Assembly (NCBI GenBank): GCA_964188305.1 | Contig: OZ076889.1 | DNA length: 64,000 nt | Source of the DNA: Podarcis bocagei | Lineage: Eukaryota | Direction: 5' to 3' (one strand) | Shown: positions 48,601-60,600 of the stretch, piece by piece | How the letters are laid out: each line of letters opens with the position of its first letter | Position numbering within the stretch: the first letter of the stretch is position 1 | Program-made: the position numbers and the translations under genes | The notes under the pieces: generated by a model | What the model saw: only the letters and a program-made list of their open reading frames with translations | Told to the model about the DNA's origin: nothing | Databases searched by the model: none

Positions 48601-51600
48601 GTCCTATGGGGCGAATGCAGGCTCCTTGGCTTTAGCGACAGCAACGTGAAGCCTCCGAAGCGCAGACCTCTAAAACAAGGTGTGTCCTATGGTCGGGTGC
48701 GTCCTATAGAGCGAAAAATACGGTACTTGTCTTTTCCCCTTTGGGGGGATGGAGGGTTTTGCATGTTTCTTTTGCCAGCTTTGTTTTGTGTGTGTTGGCA
48801 TCACCCCATTTTTCTTCTGTGAATTGATATATTGTGGCATCCTTTATATTTTTTTTGTTTTCCAGATGTGCCTCAGAACTCAAAATATTTGAGGACCCAA
48901 GCACTAAACTATAGTTTGGCATTAAATGGATGAGCCTCAACAAACCATTGGGTTCACAGACTGCCTTTTCTCTCTCCTCCTCCGAGTTTGTTGATACTTG
49001 CCTAAGTCACATGTTAGTATTATGGTATAAACCAGGTCGCTGACTGGCGGCTAAGTTTCATACAGAAAACTTTCCCAACTCTACCTGGAGATGCCAGGAA
49101 CTGAACACGGGGTCTTCTACATGCAAAACAAAAGAATTGATATTTGACCCTACCCCACACTTCCATGCCAATTTACTCTTACCTCAAGATTGTAAAGTAC
49201 TCTAAAAGTAGACATTCCTGGGGCAAAAGACTTGAAAAGACTTTCAAGTATTGAAGTAGCACTAGGCTGGTGTTGATGCTTTGTAGACAAAGAAGGTGAC
49301 TTTGAAGACTGGGAGTTTGATTCAGAGAGTAATGTTTTCTGAGAAAAGAATAAGCATAGAATAATACAAATAAGAAGGCAGTTCTGATATAACATGGTTA
49401 TATAGCCATGACAGCTAGTCTTTGGAGTCCTGAACTTCCTAAAAGTAATAAAATCTCTTGCAAGCACCTTTTGCTATACTCTATACCAGGGACAGAGGAC
49501 TCATGGCCCTCTCAATATCGTTGGATTAAAAGTCCATCCCTGACTACTGGTGCAGCCGACTCAGGCTGATGGAAATTTGACGTTTGGAGTGCCACAGATT
49601 CCCCATCCCTATCCAATACCATAAAGAACTATAAAATACAATCTGTAGATTTTTACAAAGTTTATGCCACACCCTTCCTTTTCGATGCACCCCAGTGTAA
49701 ATACCATTTCTCTTTAATTAGTATTTTTTGTAATTTGCATTATTATTTTTTAATAGCTGGCATCCATCTGTCTTGGGAGACAATGGAGGAGTGTGCCTTT
49801 GGGGGTGAAGTAAAACTGTTGGAAGGTTGCAGCGCGAGAGATATGGGAGAGACATGTTTTGTGAATGCCAGATTAATTTTAACGTAGTTTGCTAACTTCT
49901 ATGAAGCATGTTTAGGACCCAATGACTATTTGCTACTATCCTATATAGGTAGCTAGGCCAGCCATCCTTAAGGGTGAATGTTAAATGGGTCTGCGGCTTA
50001 GGAACTTTTCGAGTAATAGATTCTGTGCCAACTTTACAGATGAAGCTAGCAAGCTAATACACGGCTGTGCTAACATGGCATTTTTCCTGCCCCAGTGGCG
50101 ATAAGCACATTAGCCATGCTATCTGAATCCCTAGAAGGAAAGTAATGTGTGCTAAGCAAAGGAATCCCACCCCCCGCCAAAGCAACACATCATTAATAAT
50201 AAGAGAAATAAAATTAATTTAGCCAGCGATGGTTCAATTCTTGCTCCACAATGGCTAGCATTTCCCCAGCATTTTATAATGCCTACAATTTAACGCCCTA
50301 TTTCTTTCTCCATTCCTTTCAATCCCAAGCTCAATCAGTAAAACTAGACTATGATTGTGTAGTTAACAAAAAAATATATATACCTTTCGTCCAAGAGAAT
50401 CTAGCTGATCAAGAGCTTCCTGAATAGCTGGGTCAGTAGGAATCAGCAAAAGAAGCCTCCGTACTCTCAAAGTAATCCTAAAGAATACAAGAGACATATA
50501 ACGTACTCAATTTCTGCTGGGCTGGACACTATGCTTGCTTGTAAATGCTTCCAAAATTTATTTATTTTTGCAGCCACAGTATTTCTACAGTGTCTTCAAT
50601 AACACTACTTACCTTGGCTCTTCTAGGTTCGCAAGCTGGTACAGCATGTCAAACACATTACACACAAGAGCCATTACCACTCCAGGGAGGGATTTTTCCT
50701 GAGGATTAAGAACACACAATTAACTTCCCTATTTCTTAAGCAATTTGTTAGGGTTCTCAATTTTTAAAAATTGAGTGATATAAATTTAAAACCTGGCCTA
50801 GGGATGTCAGCTACTTGCCAACACAAGGCACTGAATCCTGTATCCTTCTTCACCCCCCCTTCACACACACACCCATACCCCCCCCCACACACACACCACT
50901 GCAGTGTTGATCTGAAATTCTGCCAAAGAAACCACAGCTTCACATTTCCAATACTTTTAACTTTTATGTACAGAGTGAACCAAAACATTAGACCTTGGAG
51001 TTCTAAACTGTGTCATCAAATATAATGAACAGCAGCAGGGAGGATGCTTTCTACGTTTTCCATTTCTGCTTACAGTTAGAACTACTTCAAACAATTCAGA
51101 TGCATTCATTTCTGAAATGATCACTGAAATCCTGCGTTCATCAAAATCAGATGAGAAAGGTGTGCTAGCAGTTCCTGCTGGATTTATCAAGCATCTCAAT
51201 TCAACTGGGAAAAAGTGCAGGATCAGTATAAGTAACTGCATGTAGCACTAGCTTACTTCAGTCTTTCCAACTGATTTTCAAATTCTGACAAACTAATTTT
51301 ATAAAGATTTGAATCACGAATGACCAATGCAGAGTACAGAGAAATGGAAGATACTGGAAAGCATTTTTTTAAAGTGAAATGAAACCAACTTAATTAATGA
51401 AAAAGTGTCTTTGTGTGCGTGAAATCTATATTTATCCCCCCCATGTTGTACCTGTTCCATTGCATATGATGAACTGAAGACATTACTACTGTTGCTGGAG
51501 CTAGTGGAGGAATCAGCAGAGCTTGCTGATGGGGTTCCACTTCCTGATGTCTTTACTGTAAGTGCTTGTTCTTCAGAAAAGCCCAACTGGTGAAGTAGCT

Positions 51601-54600
51601 TTTGATCTTTATTCACTGTTAGCTGAAATACAATATCTTTTCTTAGCTTCTGCAAACCGTACACATCTAGAATATTGATAAAATCATCCTAACATACCAA
51701 GCTGTCATTTGCAAATATCTGTATGTTTTCCACAGGAGCATTCAACAGCTTTGCTATCTTCCATCTGACACTCCCTATGATCTCATTGCTATGAGCCTGC
51801 AAAAATGAAGTGGAAGTTAGTTCATTCATGTTCTCAGTTTTAGGAAGTATTATCAGATAGAAACCAGTGACCCATAAGGGACAAGCGCATGAAACTTTTC
51901 CACATTATCCTGCAATCCTAATTTACTCAGCATACACTTGCCATTATATATAACACACTCAAAACATATTATTTAGCACATCCCAATGCTATTATATTCT
52001 TTGTATCATGGGTAGGCAAACTAAGGCCCGGGGCCTGGATTCGGCCCAATCACCTACTAAATCTGGCCAGCGGATGGTCCGGGAATCAGAGTGTTTTTAC
52101 ATGAGTAGAATGTGTCCTTTTATTTAAAATGCATCTCTGGGTTATTTGTGGGGCATAGGATTTCGTTCATTTTTTTTTCTTCAAAAAATGAAGTCCGGCT
52201 CCCCACAAGGTCTGAGGGACAGTGGACCGGTCCCCTGCTGAAAAAGTTTGATGACCCCTGCTTTGCATCAGCACCCAACTCCCTTTTTGCTGAGAATTTT
52301 CACACCTTAAATTTGAGTATTTTAAAATGCAATAAAATTGCAAGAGCATACCTCTACTGTAAAGGTATCTTTGGTAGATTCATACATAACATTAAGTGTT
52401 AAAAGATGTCCATGAAAGGAGGCACCGTGAGGTAGAATAGTACGTGGAACGGAGTAAAGGTCCTATGGAAAGAAAGTGGTAAAAGTGACCTTTGACACAA
52501 ATGATCAAGGAACAATTTAAAATGTAAACTGGCGTAAGCTGATCAACTGAACATTTTTATCTGTGTTTTAGCTGTCACAATGATCCATCCATTATACGGC
52601 AAAGCCTTCCCCAACCTGGTGTGCTCCAGATATTTTGGACATCATCATCGCTGCCCATGCTGGCTGGGACTCAGTGGCAGAACATCTGCTTTGTTTGCAG
52701 AAGGTCTCTGGTTTAATTCCCAGAAGCTCCAGCTGGGGCTGGGAATGCTCCTGCTATGAAATCATGAAGAGCCCCTGCCTGTCAGTGTAGAGGCCATGCA
52801 GCTCCAAGTCCATGCCTTTGCCACTGCACTGTTCATGGGTCTTGTCCCTCATCGAGTCAGCTTGGTGCCACATGGCCTGTGGGTGGAGAGGGTTGCGGTG
52901 GTCCAGAATGGAGATCTTCTCTCCAGCCTGCTCCTAGGTCATTCAAAGGAGACCCAATTTCGGGTAAAGCTCAGTGTTCTCATTCACTTGGGTAGCAAGC
53001 AGGGCCATGATCAAGGAGCAGGATCCGATCACTGCATGCTACTGTTGTTGCAGTGGGCTGTTGAGGGGTTGTAGTAGTAGTAGTTGTAGTTATTATTAGG
53101 ACTTCTTAGTCACCTTCCAAGGTATAAATTTCTTCCCAAAGCTTGAGAGACTGGGGCTCCAGGACCAGTTCACTAGATCACTTGCCCTGCCACAGTTCAG
53201 CCAAATACAAAAGTAGCCACCACTAATAAAACTGTAGCCTTTTCAATCCAGTTCTGTGTTGGTTCTCATCCTCCTCACTCTCTGATGCGGCCCAAAGTTA
53301 ATAGAAACTTGCTTGCTTAAACAATGAGTCTACAGTGGGATGTGTGTGTTATTGGGTTGTTGTTTTTATTTTGATTATGTATTTTGTGGTTTTATATTTT
53401 GATTTTATTTTGTAAACCACCTTGAGATCTTCGGGTCTCAAGGCAAATCTTAAAAAATGTAGTATAAACACCGACAACTGGGAAACACTGGCCTGCAAGC
53501 GCTCCAGTTGGAGAACAGCATTTACCAAAGGTGTCATGGACTTTGAAGACCCCCAAACTCAGGATGCAAGGGAGAAACTTGCTAAGAGGAAGGCACGCTT
53601 GGCAAATCCACACTATGATCAACTCCCACCTGGGAACCAATGTCCCCACTGTGGAAGGATGTGTGGGTCCAGAATTGGCCTCCACAGTCACTCACGGACT
53701 CATTGTTAAAACCATGTTTATGGATGGCAATCTTACTTGGGTACGAGTGATCGCCAAAAGAAGAAGAAGATAGAGCGGTATATAAATTCAATAAATAAGA
53801 ACAATAACAATAGAACTTGAAGCCTAAACTTAGCATTGCACTTACTGGGCTACTCAAACTAAAGGGAAATGGGTACCAAAATGACAAAGACTTTTTTTTT
53901 TTACCTCTATAGTGATGACGTAGCGTTCTGCCAATAGCAGCAGTCTCTCAATTATTACAAGCTTCGTTGACCTGGAGATTGCAATCAAAATAAATGGGAG
54001 ACAGTTGGGTGAGACCTCAGTTGAGCTCCTTCAAAATACCTACCAGCCTGACAAAAGCCACCAACACTATGCCCTGTGGCCGCTATCTGATAGGTGCCCC
54101 AAACAAATTTCTCACTATCAAGGAGTATGCAGAAGCTGGAACTAAGTTTCAAGGTGGCAACAGTCAAGGAGTTAGATTTATTCACTCCTCCCCACCATCA
54201 CCTCAGTAACATTTGATTTAAAAAAGAGGAAGTGTGATGTGATGTCTTCACACTGTTTTGCTGTACCTGCTCCACATTACACAATGAAGTGAAGCAGAGC
54301 CAGAGAAATTCCTGAACTGGGTCATATCATATTATGCATTCCAAGTAACCACAGATTAGTGATGAAGTACCGGTGGCGGTGGCAGCAAGGAGAAAAAAAA
54401 TCATCCTTAACACATACTTCCAACCCTAGTTGCCTAGCGAAAGAAAAGAATGGAGGAGTATAAGTAGTAAACTCAGTCCAGTTTTTCCTAAACTTTTGTT
54501 ATTTGGGGCTCACATAATTCAAGATAAACCTGGCAACACACTTTATTATTTCACCTGAAAAAGGCTTAAAAAGTGAGGTACAACATACATTTTTAAGAAA

Positions 54601-57600
54601 TGTTAGCGGTGAAGAAGGTGTGAGAGAAGAGCCAATAGCAAGACAGCGCTGCAGATTATTGCAGTTTTTGATGCTATTTTATACCTCCAATTTGCCCTCC
54701 TTCCCCTCAGGGCCAGGGGGAACGTGGTCAGTGCTTTAGGGAAATAGCACCAGCTTCTGCACTTGGCTGTATTCCTGGGCAATTCATCTTTCCATTTATT
54801 TAATTAATGTATCGATATCTCACACCTTTCCATGGTAACAGTAAACTCAAGGAAGCTTACAAATAAAAATACAGATGAGACCAAACAGCAGTAGAAAAAG
54901 GATCACAGAAGCCATATCAGCAACAGAAAACATTTAGATTTAAGATTTTTACAGTGCTGTTGCTGGTAAACTGCAGCCTCACTGTAGACTTCTCCCACTT
55001 GCATAAATGACTACTATGCTGTTGTACATTCCCTGAGAAATACTACTAGTACCAACTTTGATCTTCTTTAAGCAGCTGTCCAAATCAATTTAATGGAAGT
55101 GCACATTATTTGTTCCACGATTACTACACTTGCTTAATACAGGAACAACACTTCTTTTTTGGAACTGGAACAGAGCACCACTTGATTTTCCAAAAGGTGA
55201 ACATAGGGTATATTATATTGTGCTGTGTTGTATTATTTTCCTTCTCATCACAGGCCAGCATAAGTTGAGTAAACCTTAAAAAAGTGTTTACTCAACACTT
55301 CTTTTTGTAACCAGAGACTTGCACCACCCTTCTGGCAACTACCTTCTGCAGTGAATCCTTTGCAAGGTATTTAAAAAAACAAAAACCAAAAACAAACAAA
55401 CAAATCCCAGAAACATTCATTTGTGGGGACAAATACATTGAATAAACCTATCCTTTGTAAAGTGTTTATGTATGATGAAGCTGTGGGTGCCAGTTCTAAT
55501 TTCGGTAGTTTCTTTGGCCCATACCCATTTCACACACACACAAGAATACCTGGTTCAGATGTAACATTCTAAAGTTTAGTGGATCAGGAATGTGAGATAT
55601 GACACTCCTCATTACTGAGCTTTCTTTTAATACAAGCAAGTTGGGCAAACTGTGGTTACAGCTAACCACATTAGCATGGTTTAAAGAGGATTTCATACCA
55701 TGGTTTTGCACACCTTAGCAAGGCATGGTTACAGAAAACTTGAAACTGAAGGAAGGTGTGAGCCTTCAGCACATTCCCAGTCCTCTAAATCAGGGTTATC
55801 TAGAACAAACCAACATAGATCATATTTATCTATTCCTAAACCAAAACCTTACCTGTACGGAGACTGTACCGATGTTGCCACAGTAGGCATTGCAGTTGCT
55901 GTTAGCATTTTGGTAGCTCTTGTGACAGCATGTGTCAGCGTTGGACCACCAAGTGCTGAACTGGCTGCCTAGAATGAAAGAAACATCATGCTATTTCTGG
56001 ATTACAAGGAAGGCCACGTAATGGTGCGGCAACTTCTTCAGCACTGAGAACCTAAACTTTGCCTTTTATCTGCAAAGTAATTTGCTAGCGCCAAGGCATA
56101 ACAGGCAGACATCTCTACAAACCTTCATTTTAATGATATTCAAGAAACGAGCACTGGCTACTCCCTGTAAATACTCTATCTAGTTAAGATGTTTGAGGGT
56201 TACACCCAAGGCAAGTAAACCGGTAAAAGATCTCTGACTCTAGGCTCCTGGCTCCAGTTCCAACCATGGCAAGAGAGAGATGGAAAATACAATTCCAAAA
56301 AAAGAATAACTCTACTTGGGTCAAAGGTGGGAGAAGGTTCAGCGTCCCAGGCAAGGACAGGAAAAGAACTGGAGTTGTCTAGGGTCATAAGTCTACAATG
56401 CAGTTCCCTGCTGCCCCAGATAATTAGTGGATATAACCCAGCATGGTGGCTGCTCCATTACTCCAGTTGAGAAAGGGCTTTCTGTACAGTACAAGGTGGA
56501 ATGCTGGAAATTATTTTACAATTATATAAGAAAGAAAAAATAGAACGGGACATTTTTTTTAAAAAAGATTGACACTTACTTCTAATCTTGTATAACAATC
56601 TGCAATGAATTTCTTATGGAGTGACACTGAATCCTGAAAAGAATGAAAAGTGTTAAACTATATTAAAAACATTAATTCACACACATGCAGAGAGAGCAAG
56701 AGTACATACAGAGAACTGCTACTATACACATATTACTGAATTTAAGCATGAGCACGGGTAGGAGAAAGAGTGTTGGTAATACAACAACGTACACGGTCCA
56801 TGTCTCTATTCAGACAACCAAAACCATGGCTTGCCATTATGAATGAACAGCAGTAAGCGCACACACACACACGCACAATCTCTTCCCCTTCCCTCTTCCT
56901 TCCTGTGCAAAGAAGCATGCAGATGCAGAGAAAGAAGTTCAATTTCAAATCAGTGACAATTTAACTTCAATCGGTGACAAGTTAACTTCAAATCAGTGAC
57001 AAGCTAATAGTTTGCAGTTCCATACAAATGCAGCAAACTATCAACTGTCAACAAGTGGAAGCTACTAATCTCTTTTCTCCGGGCACGCAAAGGAAGAGGT
57101 GGGATTGCACATTTCAGGGGCAATACTGAGGCATTCTACATTTGTTTACAACAACATGCAAGGTGGAAGAGTGAGGACAGGGACACAACCTCTGACTCCC
57201 CAGCCTTGTCACCCTCCTTGAGCTGGAGGAATAACTTCTTCTGCAGTAGAGAGCCTGCTCAACTCATTTTGGCAAGGATTTAGAATCCTTGAAAATCACA
57301 TGAGGAACCCGCATAAATAGAGCAGGCTCTCCACTGCAGAAGCAGCTATCCCTCCAAGTCATGGAGACAGCAATGAGGATGGGGTGCCCACATGGAGCTA
57401 CCAGGTTAGTCTTTGCTGCCTACTCTCACGTGTTCTTTTAACACAGATACCGAACGCTGGGTTAGGATCGTCTGAAGGCAGCCTACATCTCATCTTCTGG
57501 GACAAGTACAGCCACCAAAACAATTCAGAGTTGTTACCTTCTTTAGTCTTGGATTTAGATTGATGTAACTATAGTTTATTATTAGCTGAATAGCTTCATT

Positions 57601-60600
57601 TGCTATTTCTTCATCAGGTGACTCCATTGCGATCTTCCAAATAAAATCCATTCCTATTAATTCCAGTTTTTCTACATGCTAGACAAAATAAGAGAGAGAG
57701 ACTAAGATTGTTAGCACCCAGATCAGAGTACACTATTGAAATATTTCACATGTTGCAGAGCTTTATCCTATCACAAACTGAAGATACTATTATTAATAAC
57801 AAGTAATAGTAATATGAGTACAAATAAGGACTCCTCTAATTATGTTGGTTAATCCTAGAAAAATCCCCTCCCTCCCAAGCACGTAAAAGCAAAGAATTTA
57901 ACTGTGCTCATGGATTGTTTCATATGAGTAAGTTAAAGAAAAGTGATCTGAGCCCTAAAGCTAATCTTGACTTAGGACAAATTAATGTACTATAGTAGGG
58001 TTGTCATATTTCAAAAAGTAAAAACCAGGGCACCCCAAAATTGTTGAGATTATTTAAAGGAACCCCCAAAATTGTTGAGCTTTTGTTAGGGGAAAAAACA
58101 CGATTTTTTAAAAATTGACTTGCCTAAGATCCAGGACAAAGTGCTGCCTTTCAGAAATTCCCCTGGATATCAATTCCGCCTTTGAAATCCCAGTAATGTC
58201 AGGGAAAATCCGTAACTATAGCTTTGAAGAGCCACATTCTAACTGCCACTTCCCAATGGTCACTATTTTATAGCACACACTATTTTCCAAATAAACTTGC
58301 CAGCTGTGACCTATGAACTGCACTGGAACAAGTTTATAGAAAGCTGCTTACCAGCTGAGTTCCTTGACGTTTCAATCGATGATCACAGAGGTTCACATTT
58401 TCAAAAAAGGTCTTAAACAAACCAAAACCTGTTTTTAAAAATTAACATTTTAAAGGAATTCTGCTATTTTCATTTAAACAAACACAGAAACATTACTCAT
58501 GCAAAATAAAAGCTTTAAAGTCTGACTTCATTAGTCTCTGAAGCTGTTTGCAATCTTCAGCCGTTATCAAGCCCCCCAAATTTTATTCTAAGATATCTGA
58601 CTATTATACAGAAGGCTGATAAAACAAAAATACTTACATACCATTCATAGTGATTTCATAAGACTCCAATTTAAGAATTTTTTCTTTAAAAAGCTGCTGC
58701 TGCACATCACTCTCGAGATCGTGCTGCCCCTTTGTAAACCATTCAAAGCACATCTGTGAAAAGAGTTTACACTATGGTTCACATTCTGTTTTTAAATGAT
58801 ATATTTTACACTGCTCTAAAATATCCGACATACTATGGTTTACTCCACGCACCAAAATTTGTTTGAGGATTGCTAACAATTTAAGAAAACGCTAGTATCC
58901 GTATGACTGAGAATTAAAAGTAATTTTTGTCTACTCCTGATAGCCCCTCAAACATTCATAACAGCATCTTATTTTTTTACAGATTTGCGAAACGATTTTG
59001 TTTTCCTAGTGTGTTTTGATTTTAGCCCCAGATCATCTTTAGGATACATTGTTTCCAAGTAAATTAGTGCTACATTTATTCCAAGGACAGCATCTCACCT
59101 CTCGATCTAGTTCACAAACATCTTGGCCTGTCACAAGGCATTCCCAGATTTCCCGAGCACGATTCCATCCTAAGTAAAGCGTAGCCTCTTGGAGAAAAAA
59201 TGCCAGAAATTTGAGATGTGCCTCCAAGTACTGAAAAGGAAGCAAACACAAACTGCAATTAACATTTCCGAACAGACCTTTATGAAACATTTTGCAAATT
59301 TGAGCTTTGAGAGATTCAAGCTCGCTGCCTCAGTAAAGAGACAAGTTGCTTCTATACAGGGCTATCCCCAAGTGATCTGGTTTGAACGCCACAAGTTTGC
59401 TTACCTCCCGGTACGTGTATCGGCAATCCACTAAGGTTGCTCCTGACAGGCCCCCAGGACCTGCCACAGATGCGGCCAATCGGTGGCATGCTATTAAGCT
59501 GCTTGTCACCAGCTTCACTATTTCAAAGTTTTTCTTCAGATCCTGAATAATGCTCTTGGCAGAAGTATTGGAAAAGATGTGTTAAGCAGAGCATTACAAC
59601 ATGCGCAATTAAGACTTTCAAGGCTCGAATACAAGTTTCCCTCGCTGCACCACCCTGGCCATCTATTCAATCAGGGCCTCAAAAGTCTCATAATTTCTAT
59701 CCTCATTCACCACAGTTTCCAGTCATGACACTAGTCGTGCAGAAGGAAGTACTAAGCACTTCAAATACATCCTTCAGTTAGCACAACACAAAATCGTGTG
59801 CTTTCGTTTCCAAAGCCAAATCTGAACTTACTATGAATACTTAGCATTAAGAATGACACTAATACGGCATGGCATTGTGACAGCGATTGCTTTGTTCAAA
59901 GAGGAAGTCTAAGTCTGATTTCTATGTAGCAGACCCAGGGTTTGATAGCTGTTTTTCACATCAGTTCCCTACACCACAGGTGCCATGTTAAAGGGAGAAA
60001 GTTAGGAAGAGGGGGGCTAAATACAAAGAAAATTTTGGATTCAAGGATGAGACTTTAGGCCCACAGTGTCAGCCAATACGTTTCCTCTACTTAGTAAAAC
60101 TTAATCAAGAATTACACAAGTAAAGTTTAATAAGGTTAAAAGGATAAAATACAAGGTAACCTTACAAATATAAAGTATTGATGCAGAGCTGAAAAACCCT
60201 AATTAAATCATAATTATCTGGATCAACAAAATAAGTAAGGCTAGAGTCTGATACAAGCTTTCTAAAGGATGACTCTTTTAAAAAATGTTAGGAGGAGAGG
60301 AGGATACAAAGATAAAATGGGAAATAATGGAAGATCCTGCTGATGGAGGGCAGGGTCTGAGGAAAAGCGGCTCAATACAAGACAGCCTTTATTGCGAAAA
60401 AAAAGGAGAGTCAGAAGAACATCTTTAATCAGAGCTAATATATCTGACCATGCCAGAGTTTACAACATGGTATGTGAACTTGTGAGTTACACCAGACCAA
60501 ATATTCGGACACAATCTGAATAGTGGGAAATAGCTATTTCTGGGAGATCCTACTGCTGACAGCTCTTAAGACCACCCAAAGAAACACATTCCCCCCTTCT

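Noticed and set aside
53422-53709. Host zinc-finger gene
   Set aside because: Single C2H2 at the end of an RTE ORF with a (GAA)n tail.
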